From: Octopus vulgaris
Taxonomy: Eukaryota
Assembly: GCA_951406725.2 (NCBI GenBank)
Contig: OX597814.1
Location: forward strand, 187,984,001 to 188,048,000
DNA: 64,000 bases
Direction: 5' to 3'
Part shown: piece by piece, positions 25,757-40,551 of the stretch
Position numbering within the stretch: position 1 is the first letter of the stretch
Layout of the letters: every line of letters begins with the position of its first letter
Notes under the pieces: generated by a model
The model's database searches: none
Seen by the model: the letters and a program-made list of their open reading frames with translations, nothing else
Told to the model about the DNA's origin: nothing
Translations under genes and position numbers: made by a program

Positions 25757-26160
25757 TAGGCGTAGGAGTGGCTGTGTGGTAAGTAGCTTGCTTACCAACC
25801 ACATGGTTCCGGGTTCAGTCCCACTGCGTGGCACCTTGGGCAGGTGTCTTCTACTCTAGCCTTGGGCCGACCAAAGCCTTCTGAGTGGATTTGGTAGACG
25901 GAAACTGAAAGAAACTCGTCGTATATATGTATATATATATAGATATGTGTGTGTGTTTGTGTGTCTGTGTTTGTCCCCACAACATCGCTTGACAACCGAT
26001 GCTGGTGTGTTTATGTCCCCGCAACTTAGCGGTTCGGCAAAAGGGACCGATAGAATAAGTACTAGGCTTACAAAGAATAAGTCCTGGGGGTCGATTTACT
26101 CGACTAAAGGCGGTGCTCCAGCATGGCCGCAGTCAAATGACTGAAACAAGTAAAAGAGTA
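25757..26160 (+). mobile_element. SINE family 1, full length
   Basis: Near-identical to the copies at 7337 and 29886. Confidence 0.9.
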
Positions 26161-26652
26161 CCGTAAATCCTCGAGTATAATCCGCATCCCCCCCAAATTT
26201 AAAGATCAAAATCCCTAGTGCGTACTATATACGAGGTTAAAAATGAAATAATATTTTCTAAGCAATGTCCGAGCCTCTGTTTGCTGTCTGACAATGTTTA
26301 TTCAGATGCATTTTGTGATGTCGGGCGTGAAAATACCTTAAGCTAAGCCTGAAAGCTATGAAGTCATAAAAGAATCATCCATAACTTGCAGTAAGCAACA
26401 TTTATTAAACGTTATTACTGTTATTTCTTTATTTTCTGCAAACAAAATGCACAAAAAAGCTACACGTTTGCATTATGTTATATATACAATAATACTAAAG
26501 GACGTTACCGTATACATTTTTACAAACCAAGGACGTTATATAGACCTCCTTGACTCAAGTTACAGAAGGGGTGCGTATTCTACACAAGGTTTAGATTTTA
26601 AAAGTCCCCTGCGTATTATACTCAAGAGCGGACTATACTCGAGGATTCACAG
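26161..26652. mobile_element. pogo/Tc2-like MITE
   Basis: TIRs ccgtaaatcctcgagtataatccgc / gcggactatactcgaggattcacag with TA on both sides. Confidence 0.8.
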
Positions 26653-27384
26653 TATATCTTTTGTGTACAAATAGGTCTACGACTGCTACTGTTAAGCAGG
26701 GTTCCAATCAACTATAATGGTGAAACGTACGTAGGAACTAATTCTATAAATTTTGTATTTATCTTAACCTCTCATATATATACGAGAATATATTACTGAT
26801 TACGACAATTGTTCTGGCACATCTACCATCGTCGTGGTTAATAATAAATTCTCGTAAGTTCCTTTTCTACTCTATCGATCCAGTAGGCAACTGGTACTTA
26901 ATTTATCGATCCCGAAAGGATGAAAGGCAAAGTCAACCTCGGCGGAATTTGAACTTAGGACGTAAAGACAGATGAAATACCGTTAAGCAGCTCACCACAT
27001 AATTCTCGTATATTCCATCTTCCGTCCTTAATTTGCTATAGAAATAACTATCATTGTGAAAAGGACTGTGCTTAACCAGTAAGCGACCAGGTGTAAACCA
27101 TTCATTTTATTATCGAACATATATATATATAATAATAATAATAATAGATGCGCCCTTTTAAAGCCTAGCCAGGCTCATGGGCCCGGTTTCCCGGTTTCTA
27201 TGGCGTATGTGTTCCCCAACTGGACGGGACGCCAGTCCATAGCAGTGCTATTCATTTTTGCCAGCTGAGTGGACAGGAGCAACGTGAAATGAAGTGTTTT
27301 GCTCAAGAACACAATGCGGTCCAGGAATTGAAACCACAATCTTACGATCATGTTGCTGGCACCATAACCACTAAGCCACGCGCT

Positions 27385-28009
<625 letters not shown>

Positions 28010-28068
28010 CTTTTAGTCGAGCGAATCGATCCCAATATAACAGAAAAGATTATGCATATATATATATA

Positions 28069-28125
<57 letters not shown>

Positions 28126-28131
28126 TCTCTC

Positions 28132-28594
28132 TCTCTTTTACTCTTTTACTTGTTTCAGTCAGTTGACTGCGGCCATGCTGGAGCACCGCCTTTAGTCGAG
28201 CAACTCCACCCCGGGACTTATTCTTTGTAAGCCCAGTACTTATTCTATCGGTCTCTTTGCCGAACCGCTAAGTAACGGGGTCATAAACACACCATCGGTT
28301 GTCAAGCAATGCTAGGGGGACAAACACAGACACACACATACACATACATACATATATATACACATACATATATACGACGGGCTTCTTTCAGTTTCCGTCT
28401 ACCAAATCCACTCACAAGGCTTTGGTCGGCCCGAGGCTATAGTAGAAGACACTTGCCCAAAGTGCCACGCAGTGGGACTGAACGCGGAACCATGTGGTTG
28501 GTAAACAAGCTACTTACCACACAGCCACTCCTGCGCCTATGGCCACTCCTGCGCCTATGGCCACTCCTGCACCTATGGCCACTCCTGCGCCTAT
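28132..28594 (-). mobile_element. SINE family 1 with a four-copy 18-bp tandem at its 5' end
   Basis: Reverse complement of family 1; gccactcctgcgcctatg repeated about 4 times at 28524-28594. Confidence 0.9.
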
Positions 28595-28961
28595 ATCTTT
28601 TCTTTTTCTTTTTCTTTCCTTGTTTTTACCCCTCTGCGAAGTAATTTTATTTAATTCTTTCGCAGGAAGGGCTAGTTCGATGAGTAGTGTCCTGCCCTCC
28701 CCTTCGAAACACGCTGGAGTTGAACTAGGGACAGCTGATGAAGGGGTTTTTTCCTTGTGTAGTTTGTCGCGTCCTCTGTTTTTCGTTGTAAAAAAATGGT
28801 CCGTTCCATGCTTGTTTTTACGTTTTCGTTTCTCGTTGAGTTCTACGTCTATTTGTGGTGTCCTGTACTCACGTATATATATTTATATATGCATGTATAT
28901 ATACATGTAGATGTAGGTACGTACATATATGTATGTATGTATGCATATATTTTATTCATTA

Positions 28962-29038
<77 letters not shown>

Positions 29039-29044
29039 CACACA

Positions 29045-29124
<80 letters not shown>

Positions 29125-29339
29125 TATATATATATAGGCATAATCTTTTCTGTTATATTGGGATCGATTCGCTCGACTAAAAGTTCTGGTGCCCCAGCAT
29201 GGCTGCAATCTAATGACTGAAAAAAGTAGAAGACAAAATGTAAAGGGTATGTTTATATGAAGTTTATGTATTTCATATAAACTTTTCCAAAACTTTCTAG
29301 CTTTCTTGCAAGCTTTAAACTCCCTAGAACGCTAAAAAT

Positions 29340-29700
29340 ATAGCATAAATACACTCTGACCAAAAGGGAGGAAGCAGATGCCAAAAATGACAGGCTTTCC
29401 TCTCTGGTTTCACATTCCAGTCATATAGAACGAATTGTCAGATGACGAGCTTACAAGAACTTGACTTGCCGAAACTGACACTAACACGCCACACGGTTTT
29501 TGTCAAGGAAGAAGCTGCCTCACACAGATTCTACAGCATTATGATTGCCTATTGTAACATCTGCTCAACTCTTCAAATGTGGATGTAATATATTTTGACA
29601 TCGTGGAGGCTTTTAATAACGTTGATCATGAAGTGTTATAGCATAAACTGCGTGGTTTCGGCATAGTTGGAAAATTAGGAGACTTATGAAGTAAAAAGTC
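29340..29700 (+). pseudogene. CR1/L2-type LINE reverse transcriptase fragment
   Basis: HGFCQGRSCLTQILQHYD...NVDVIYFDIVEAFNNVDHEVL*HKLRGFGIVGKL with stops. Confidence 0.75.
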
Positions 29701-29885
29701 AGGTAGTTGCGACTTCATCTTTTCTTCCACTTTTCTCTCGGAATTAGTTTTCATATAAACTGGTCTCATACTACGAGTAATTTAACCATTTTGTTATTTT
29801 GTTACTGTATTTATTTTCAGATGCTCTCTGTTTCTTTCAATTACTTTAAATATAACAAAGAATTTAGTAAAATAACTAAGTAAAA

Positions 29886-30292
29886 TAGGCGTAGGAGTGG
29901 CTGTGTGGTAAGTAGCTTGCTTACGAACCACATGGTTCCAGGTTCAGTCCCACTGCGTGGCACCTTGGGCAAGTGTCTTCTACTATAGCCTCGGGTCGAC
30001 CAATGCCTTGTGAGTGGATTTGGTAGACGGAAACTGAAAGAAGCCCGTCGTATATATGTATATATATATATGTATGTGCGTGTTTGTGTGTCTGTGTTTG
30101 TCCCCACCAACATCGCTTGACAACCGATGGTGATGTGTTTATGTCCCCGTAACTTAGCGGTTCGGCAAAAGAGACCGATAGAATAAGTACTAGGCTTACA
30201 AAGAATAAGTCCTGGGGTCGATTTGCTCGACTAAAGGCGGTGCTCCAGCATGGCCACAGTCAAATGACTGACACAAGTAAAAGAGTAAAAGA
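29886..30292 (+). mobile_element. SINE family 1, full length
   Basis: Sequence identity with the other copies. Confidence 0.9.
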
Positions 30293-30824
30293 GTTATAAT
30301 TAAGCTAGTGTTAAGCACATAAATTGTGACTAAGGTTTGGTGGAAGATATTAATACAAAACTTATGAAGACAAGACATTTGTGCTCAGTGCCAGAGTCGG
30401 TTTCAGCCGGGTTGGTAACGAAAGGGTTAATGTTTAAGAGATGATTTCCAATATTGCAAAGAAGGATCTGACGCGCCAACAAAATAGACACAACATTTAT
30501 CCCTCTCGTTCTTTAAAACATTGGAAAAGAGTTTTAATTAAGCAATATGAAGTTTAATTAAATATTTCTAAGATATTAGTTTAATGTTTGTGCTATTTCG
30601 TTTTTGTGTTGAACTGGTGCGTGTGTTATTACTATTGGCATAATGGCTCTCCCAAGACACAGCAATGTTTGTGTTATTGCTATTTTTTGTTATATCTAAT
30701 GCTTTATCTGTATTATTAACGCTTTCTATGAGACATCGATTTTCTACACATTCCCCAAATGACGTAAGCAAACTATAATATTCACGGACACACATACACA
30801 CGTGCATGTACGTCTAGACAGATG

Positions 30825-30944
<120 letters not shown>

Positions 30945-32003
30945 CATTGTCCTTTGAGAGAGAAAGAGATTATTGGGTAAGTGTATGTGTATTTTAGATA
31001 AGGAGACCAAAGAAAAGAGTAACGCTGGTTTCTTGAGTATGCTGTTAAGAGAAGTTGTTTGGTGTAAGCTAGGCTGTTTTGCGTGTATGTATACATGACG
31101 TGTATGTATACGCGAACATAATACATTATTATAATATTTATTGCACATATTTATATAAATTTTTAATGACTGCTAGTAGAGACGTAAGAGATTAGAAGCG
31201 AGTTCTAGTGTAACAGAGATTACACAGTAATCCATTCTTCTATAATCACAAGGTCTGAAATTTTGCGGGAGGGGTAAAGTCGATCACATCGAACCCCAGT
31301 ATTTGACTGGTACTCAATTCATCGACCCCGAAAGGCATGAAAAGCAAAGTCGACCTCAGCGGAATTTGAACTCAGAATGTAAAGACGGACGAAATAGCTA
31401 TTTCTTTACTACCCACAAGGGGCTAAACACAGAGAGGACAAACAAGGACAGACAAACGGATTAAGTCGATTATATCAACCCCAGTACGTAACTGGTACTT
31501 ATTTAATCGACTCCGAAAGGATTAAAGGCAAAGTCGACCTCGGCAGAATTTGAACTCAGAACGTAGCGGTAGACGAAATACCTATTTCTTTACTACCCAC
31601 AAGGGGCTAAATACAGAGAGGACAAACAAGGACAGACAAACGGATTAAGTCGATTATATCCACCCCAGTACGTAACTGGTATTTGTTTAATCGACCCCGA
31701 AAGGACGAAAGGTAAAGTCGACCTCGGCGGAATTTGAACTCAGAACATAACGGCATGCTAACGATTCTGTCAGCTCAATGATTAGTAAGTCTGAAGATGC
31801 CGGAAAGATTTGGCCTGAAATTATGAAGAAGAATTCCTTTCGTTTCTAATTGGATTCAGCAAAGGAAACTGGACGCTGTAAAGGGTTAATTGCTTAATTA
31901 AAACTGCAGTGAATTCTTTATGAGTGCTTGCTTGATGAGAGTGATGTGCCTTCAATGAAAACTAACCCGCCTATGTTCTCTTGTTCGTGCCTTTTCCTAA
32001 ATA

Positions 32004-32413
32004 ACTAGAGAAAGCGCGCGAACTTCACGGACATTGAAGATAGTGTTCATGATTTGCCATGATATCACTGCGAACGGATTGGTTGATAATCAGGACAGAC
32101 CGCGTGACCTGAACATGATCTACGCGCAGTACGAACCTGGCAACTGAAAATGTGAGGCCTCGTTACAAAAGAAAGAAAAACAGTCTGATAAGCAGATAAC
32201 ATTTCGGTACCTTAATCTCATATACTCCTACTTAACTGCTTCTCCGTTACAACTTTCAGTTTCTCTATATTTTGCTTGACTAATTTCTGTTTTACTCCAA
32301 GAAGATTTCGGACCCGGGATCATTTGTTTACACATTATTTTATGTTGCATCGGGATGTCTGCGTATAATTTGGTGCAAAGACAAACGGACGAACATCGAC
32401 GTTTATAGATATG
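32004..32413 (-). mobile_element. Helitron-like non-autonomous element
   Basis: actag plus GC-rich hairpin remnant at the left end; cagac/ggac repeats and tttatagata at the right end. Confidence 0.4.
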
Positions 32414-33267
32414 AATTTGTTACTAAACTAATCAAGTACTTGAGATTTATTTACTTGAAATTTATTTACTGTCTTCTAGTAGAAGTTACTAGTTTACGAC
32501 AGACTCGTTCTCTCATTTCATTCAATCGAATTTTGAAGATGGGCTAACTATAGCTATATAACGCTGGTTACTTTATCAATCATTTTCTTTAGACACTGGC
32601 AGATGACACCAGAAATTCACTTGTAGAAACTATGTACGGTCCTGAAATAATATTTACCATATGTTTTGTAATTCATTTGTGCAAACCACAAATCTATGTT
32701 TAAGTTCGTGAGGATAAAGCAGATCTGACGAGCTATATAAGTCAACTTAAGGGAGAGTATATGAATTTAAAAAATCAGTGAAACTTTCCAGAATGTTTAT
32801 TATTTAAGTATATATATGAGCATATCTAGAATTACAAATTATATGCATGAGAAGATAAACATCAAACAAAACATTCAAATTTGCACATATGCATACATAC
32901 AAAAATACCCTGTTGATGTTGTTGGCATTCCAGTGAAGGAGCTTTCGATCTAGGTTAGAAACCGGTTCTTTTTCTATTGACAAGAAATCTTGAAATAAAT
33001 CTGAAAAATGACATACATACGTAAATACATACATGCATGCATGCACACACACACATACATACATACATACATAGATACATACACACATACATACATACAT
33101 ACATACATACACACGCACACATACATACACAAACATACATACATATATATACATTCATACATATAAAGTGGATCCAAACGAAGAAGAACAAACAAGAAAA
33201 AAACAACAACGCGAGGACGTGGTACAAGTAATGTATTATCAGACGCTCAGGAAAGGAAAGGAAGTGG

Positions 33268-33302
33268 ATTTAACGTTTCGAGCAAAGCTCTTCTTCAGAA
33301 AT
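33268..33302 (-). ncRNA. Minimal type I hammerhead ribozyme motif
   Basis: Minus strand ATTT-CTGAAGA-A-GAGC(TTT)GCTC-GAAAC-GTT-AAAT; lies in a ~205-bp element at 33163-33368. Confidence 0.75.
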
Positions 33303-33366
33303 AGAGGAAACTCCAAAAGAAGGGAAGACGAAGGAAGAAAATCGCCAACGATTTACACGTGGTTAC

Positions 33367-33411
<45 letters not shown>

Positions 33412-33906
33412 AAAATAAGAAGACGAAGAAAGAGTTTGACACATCTTTATTACTTTATTACTTGTTACAAACGTTTCGGTGACACTCAGTTTTTAATGCA
33501 ATTGCACGAGGATTTCATGCAAAAAGTTATATAATATTTGCAGTCCTTTTTTTTTTACATTCGAGTGGCACTTGCATCGAAAGGTGCTCTTACATTGTGC
33601 AATGGTCTAGCGTTGTACGTTGCCTATCTAGAGAAGAATAAAAAGGATGAAATAGCGAAGAGACAATAAGTAGACGATATTAATACTAAGTATGATAAAG
33701 AAGAATAAGAATAGAGAGAGTGAGAAGGGGGAAAAAAAGGAAGGAAAAGATAAGGATGATGATGAAGATGATTATGATGACAACAAAGAAGAAGATGAAG
33801 AGGAAGAGCATTAGGTGTGCAGCAGGCTGTAATGATAAATTTAATAAGAAACTACTACACCAGCAACAAAACAATAAACCAGTAAGAATAAGAATCTCTC
33901 ATGCCC

Positions 33907-33980
<74 letters not shown>

Positions 33981-34002
33981 ACTCTCTTTTATCCTGTAAA
34001 TC

Positions 34003-34070
<68 letters not shown>

Positions 34071-34072
<2 letters not shown>

Positions 34073-34590
34073 ACTTTGTTCTCATGCATTTATTTTCTCC
34101 CTGCCTGAGGTTACCGTGGTCTTTTCTGAAGTCTTTTCTTCCCACGGATGAACCTGATCTTGTTTCTTATTAAAAAAAAAAAATGTTTCTGTGATACACG
34201 ATCCCTATTGATCGCCTTTTTTTTCTCCCCAATCCCTTTTGATCGAAATTTTACATTTGTTTCCTTTTTTGTTCCTTTTTTTCTTTTTCCATCACCGAAA
34301 AGAAAAGCTCTATATTTGTATTCAGCCCTGTGTGGTCAATAAAGAAAGTTATCTATCTATCTATCTATTTTTTTTTTATTCTTTTTATTTTTTATTTTAT
34401 TTTATTATTTTTGTTTTGTTTTTTGTTCTTTTCTTCCCTTTTACGATCCCTCTTGATCGAAAACCTACGCCACTCCCTTTTTTTTTCTTTTTCTTTTGTT
34501 TTTTGTTTTTTTCATCCCCCAAAAGAAAAGCTCTACCTTGTAACTTGTCCCATCTGTGTGCAGCCCTGTGTGGCCAATAGAAACTTAAGA

Positions 34591-34592
<2 letters not shown>
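34071..34592 (+). mobile_element. Two tandem 3'-UTR ends of the Tx1-like LINE, each followed by (ATCT)n
   Basis: Shares gaggttaccgtggtcttttc and cagccctgtgtgg..aataaagaaa with 48598-48871. Confidence 0.8.
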
Positions 34593-34676
<84 letters not shown>

Positions 34677-34736
34677 ATAATTGTAGTTGTTGATTCTGTT
34701 AGAAAGTGAAGGAAACCACAATTAAAGTCCGATACT

Positions 34737-34737
<1 letters not shown>

Positions 34738-34784
<47 letters not shown>

Positions 34785-34803
34785 CACCATCACCACAACC
34801 ACC

Positions 34804-34850
<47 letters not shown>

Positions 34851-34896
34851 CACCACCACCACAACCACCACCACCACCACCACCACCACCACCACC

Positions 34897-34975
<79 letters not shown>
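34738..34975. repeat. Compound (CTA)n/(CCA)n microsatellite
   Basis: Direct inspection; many other (TA)n, (CA)n, (GA)n, (TCTA)n, (TATG)n and (AAT)n tracts occur throughout the window. Confidence 0.95.
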
Positions 34976-37900
34976 AATTAAGAATGATGTTGCTTTTGGG
35001 AAATGCAATCATCTCACATATTCCTGTTGCCTGTAAATAAGCAGTTATATGCTCAGTGAAAATAAATCATCATTATTTTAAAATGATAATAGCTTTCATC
35101 GTACCTGCCAATAAAAATAATATTCGTCGTTGACTAATATTTTTACTGTCTCATTCGCCAGCATAAATTATTTTTAGTCATCCTTTTGATGCTCTCCACA
35201 TTAAAAATTTTAGTGCTAACTTAACTATTGCGTTTCACGCAGATGGTGTCTCTGAATCATTTATTCTCTAAATAATTCTGTTATCCTACGCCACCATACA
35301 TACAGACATACACAGACACAGACTCCGAGACGCAAGCAAATGTCTAAACTGAAGGCCGATGTGCTGGTAGTGGAATACTTACTATTATTAATGAGTTGAG
35401 AGATACATCAAGAGTATCGTTTCTTATATCAAAAAGAATTAAATGCGCTGTGGAAAGCACGAAGTAAATGTTTCATGGTTAAGAAATGATTTGTGAGAAT
35501 TCTCTAACAGCATTCACAGACGCCTAAGATTGCTATTTTCTGGAACGTTCTTATGTTTATCTTTGTACGTAAGCTGAACCAGTTAGTTGCACGCTATTTC
35601 CACGTTTGTCACGAAAATTAATGTCTGAATTATTGTGATGCGAGCTGTGTGGGAACCGGCATATCAAAGAATAGACCCAGCCTTTCCTTCGCGTGCTGTA
35701 AAAGGCGACTAAAAAACACCGAGGTAGGATTTGCACTTCGACCTCGTAAAATCATCCTCGCCGTCAGTGACTATCCAGACAGGCCCATGGTTTGGAGGAT
35801 TGTCGCCTGAGTGATGCAAAGGTGCCACCCGCCAGGACTTGGGAATCACCGGCAAATGGTGGATGCAGCGACGCGCTACAACACCACATGCCTTCATACC
35901 TAACCTGACCTATTGTGATGGACCATCTGTAACCCCACAGGGTTTTTGAATTGTGACTTTCTCAGACAAGTGCCGTAAAAGGCGACTAAAGAAGACCGAG
36001 GTAGGATTTGTACTTCGACCTCGTAAAATCCTCGCCGTCAGGCGACTATCCAGACAGACCCATAGGTTGGAGGATTGTCGCCTGAGTGTTGCAAAGGTGC
36101 CACCCCTCAGGAGTTGGGTATCACCGGCAAATGGTGGATGCAGCGATGCGCTACAACAGCGCTTGCCTCCATACCTAACCTGACCTATTGTGATGGACCG
36201 TCTGAGTTCAGCTCATAATTATAACGGCGTGAGTTCAATTTCTGGAACGGGCAGTTCGCTGTGTCCTTGAGTAAGGCACTTCATTTTACTTGATCTAATC
36301 TATTGAGTTGAAAATAAGTACCAGCCAATTGCTGGTGCAAGCATCCCATGGTCTAGGTGTCACATTCCTAGATATGCCACCGAGTCAAAGGCGAGAGGTC
36401 CGAGAGGGTGTTTATGTATGTTCGTGATTACATAGGCACCTAAAATAATTAGTGAAAACTCTGTTATCAAGCCATACTCACTCGCGAGTGATGACCGGCT
36501 ATACTTTGCTTTCAAGAATAGAACTAGATGTCCAAATGTATATTAAGTTGTATTACTACACTGGGAGCTGAAGTATATTTTAGGGGAAGTGATGTTGAAC
36601 AACTCAAATCAATATGGTACATTGTTCCAGAATTTGTACAACATAAGCAATATTTACCGTATTTATTTTAAGAATTATACGTATTCTTCTTAATATGTCT
36701 AGTGAATACAATTCCGTCGAGGTCGACTTTGTCTTTTATCCTTTCGGGGTTAATAAAATAAGCATCATTTGAGCACTGGGTTCGGTGTAACCGACTTATC
36801 TCTTACCCCAAAATTGCTGGCCTTGTGCCAAAATGTAAAATCAATGTATCTAGTGGCTATGAACTGTTCCCATTCAGGGTAGATTTGTCCACCAAAATCA
36901 GACTCAATAAAAAGCAAAAACTTACTGTGTGAGACATTCATTCACGAGGGAACTCGACTTGTAAGGGATCCACTATTGTTGCGATCAAATGTTTTGTTTT
37001 CGTAGACACATTGTATCTTGACAGTAGATTGAGACTTGGAAGAAATTTGGCTGTTATTTCTAACAAGTCGAAATATACATAGATATTCTATTGTTGACTT
37101 CTGCCTGTTCATGGTTGTTCCCTATGATCGTTAAAGGTGTCATTAGAATGTTCGTTTTTAGCTTTATATTAATTTTGAATTTCACGCCTTTGAAATACAA
37201 GCAAATTTGTAGCGATACCTATTTCTTTATTACCCACAAGGGACTAAACACAGAGGGGACAAACAAGGACAGACACAGGTATTAAGTCGATTACATCGAC
37301 CCCAGTGCGTAACTAGTACTTAATTTATTGACCCCAAAAGGATGAAAGGCAAAGTCGACCTCGGCGGAATTTGAACTAACAACGTAACGACAGACGAAAT
37401 ACGGCAACGCATTTCGCCCGGCGTGCTAACGTTTCTGCCAGCTCGCCGCCTTTTTGTAGCAATACCGATTTACCATCGTATAATCCTAACTAACAAGAGT
37501 TAACTATTATCTAGGTTATCCACTGTTCCGTCTTACAGCAGTACTTGCATCCATTGTGGTCCTCCATACATCTTGCTAATTCACCAGTAGATTCCGCTCT
37601 TACATCTTTCTTTACTATGGGCACTTGTAGAGTAACCTTTTCTTTTAATACTCATGTATAGGCTTCCATATCAAAAGCTTATAACTTTACTTGATACCGA
37701 AAGAAGGGGTAGCGGATCAATCATTTTCTACTTTATCTCTAGTGTTCTCAATTGTTTTTGTTTTGTAAACCAACTCACTGTTATTGCTGTTATTTTTATT
37801 GCACGACTTCGTTGCATAATCGAGAGCAGCTTTGTGTGCTTTGGGTTTGTCCAGTGTTTTGTTTTGATTTTGTGTTTTATATTGTATTTAAAGTATTCTA

Positions 37901-39573
37901 TGTAACATGTTAGTTTCTGTACTTTGTGTATACTTGTCAATCCTGGATTTTGGTTATGTAGTCGTCTGCGTCAATTTTAATCGCTCCAAAACTCCCTCCT
38001 ATGATTGAAGTTGTTTGTATTTAGTCCCCACATTATCGTTATCTCTATTCTTGTATATTTGGATAATTTCTTTTCCTGATACATCTGCTGAGACTGATAC
38101 TTCCATCACTTACTTTCATAATAGTCCTTTAGAACAACAACAACAACAAAAAAAGACCCTGAGAACAACAAACTATTGTCACTATTTCAAACTTAGATAA
38201 TTTCCTGTCTGTAAAATCCCTAACTCTATCATGCCTATATAAAGGGATTCAGGCAGGGCAGGCAGAAACAACGCGTTTGATTGTCTCTTCAAAACCCCCA
38301 GACATTCTCCGGTTACTTTTGCATTCTAATTTTGGTGGTTTCTGTTGGAGAGGTTTTGGTATTGTATTGCAATAAAAAAATCATTTGGTCTCTGCATTGA
38401 CTCCTACACTCCTCATCAGACTGCTGAGATTTTTCTTTACTGATTTCTCTTTTAGACTATCTTGTCAAGTATTGGCCGTGTAGAGGCTTTTTCTTGCCAT
38501 CGCTTTTGTATAACACTTTGTAATTCCATTATCACCCCAGTTTTCAGTCTTTTCAACAATTTCTGTTGTTTTCCTCTCTGTCATCTGCTGTTCTAATCAC
38601 AGTCTTTTTATTTGTTGCCTTCTTTGAAAATATATAATAATCTTTTGTTTTATTTATTTTATTTTTTTTATAGTTAGTTGCTCCCGTTAGCACGCCGGGC
38701 GAAATGTTTAGCGATATTTCGTCTGCCGCTACGTTCTGAGTTCAAATTCCGCCGAGGTCGACTTTGCCTTTCATCCTTTCGGGGTCGATTAAATAAGTAC
38801 CAGTTACACACTGGGGTCGATGTAATTGACTTAATCCGTTTGTCCCTTCTGTGTTTAGCTCCTTGTGGGTAGTAAAGAAATAGGTATTTCGTCTGCTGCT
38901 ATGTTCTGAGTTCAAATTCCGCCGAGGTCGACTTTGCCTTTCATCCTTTCGGGGTCGATTAAATAAGTACCAGTTACGCACTGGGGTCGATATAATCGAC
39001 TTAATCCGTTTGTCTGTTCATGTTTGTCCCGTCTGTGTTTAGCCCCTTGTGGGCAATAAAGAAATAAGAATTGTTAGCACACCGGACGAAATGCTTTGCG
39101 ACATTTCGCCCGCCATAACGTTCTGAGTTCAAATTCCGCCGTGATCGAGTTTGCCTTTCATCCTTTCGGGATTGATAAAAATAGTACCCGTTGAGCACTG
39201 GGGTTGATGCAATGAACTTCCCTCTTCCTCCTAACTTGTACCAAAATCTGAAACCAATATTATTCATTTAAAATATTCCCTCATAAAGTTTTCTTTCATG
39301 CTTGTGTGTTGTGTGTACTCTGTCTAGTTATTAATTCCCAAATATTTGTAATATGGTATCTGCCCAATATTCTTACTGTTGTTTCTTTAACATCATATTA
39401 GTGGAGTTTATTAGTGTGTTTCACTTTAAGATTGCATTATTGTATTTTTCTTAGTTTCATATAAATTTCTCTAGAAAATTCCATGTACTGTCTGAAAAAC
39501 GTGTTTTCCGTTGTTTAATATAAACTGTGTATAGAAAATGTACCAGCTTCCATCAGTTACTAACACTCTACAA

Positions 39574-39792
39574 CAGTGCTTTTCAAACTTTTTGCTGGAG
39601 CGGAACCCCAAGGAAACATTCCACTGGCTCGGGGAACCCCTGTGCAATAATTTAATAGTCTTATGCACACATATCTGCACAGGAGACTTAAAAATTACTG
39701 CCGATTTTAGCAGTTTTGTAACTTCTTGCGGAACCCCTGGACTGTACTGGCGGAACCCTAAGTTTCCGCGGAACCCTGGTTGAAAAGCACTG
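39574..39792. mobile_element. hAT (Charlie-like) MITE
   Basis: TIR cagtgcttttcaa / ttgaaaagcactg; perfect 8-bp TSD ctctacaa; internal ggaacccc repeats. Confidence 0.92.
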
Positions 39793-40442
39793 CTCTACAA
39801 AATAGAGTTCCCTCATCTGAAACAGTGCTGCTGTTCCACACAGAAACATTCTAAATTGCTTCCAGAGAAAAGTCATTCGACTGACTGACATGAAGTCACT
39901 CACAGATACGACCAAATTTCTGGCTCACAAGTGTGGTGTCCTTTCTCTATCTCCTGCTCTGCTTTTCTACTATTATACACAATGTACTTTGTTTTCCGGA
40001 TCTGGTATCGTTCAACATCTATTTAGGCTCTTCCCATTTACTCATCTCTTCTCCTCTTTACAGCCACGTTGTGTCCAAGCACTAGCCCCCACCATCCCAC
40101 TAACTATTGCGTCCATATCTTCCTTACCAGAATATCGGCCTTCTGCAGCTCCGTACCTACACATACGTTTCTTTCAGATGTCGACAACTAGCAATATTCT
40201 TAATGGTACATTAACGACATTAATCTCCCTGGTTTCCGAGAAACAAAACAAATAAAATAGCAAAAATCCCATAAGACCACACAAACGCAAACATAGGCCC
40301 AGGCGTGGTGTGTAGTTGAGAAGCTTGCTTCCCAACCACGTACCCTTGGGCTCAGTCCCACTGCGCGGCATCTTGGCCAGGATCTTCTAATACAGCCCCG
40401 CATTGTGAGTGGATTTGTAGACGGAAACTGAAAGAAGCCCGT

Positions 40443-40475
<33 letters not shown>

Positions 40476-40551
40476 AAATGTGACCGCGTGTGTACCGTTG
40501 GCGATTTTTTCTTCCTCCGTCTTCTCTTCTCTGGATCTTTCCTTTTCCTAT

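Noticed and set aside
33465-33585. Possible hammerhead on - (stem gtgccactc/gagtgtcac then gaaacgttt)
   Set aside because: The CUGANGA half is not intact; at most a decayed relic
34706-35012. Proline/leucine-rich or poly-valine ORFs
   Set aside because: Translation of the (CTA)n/(CCA)n microsatellite; no splice support
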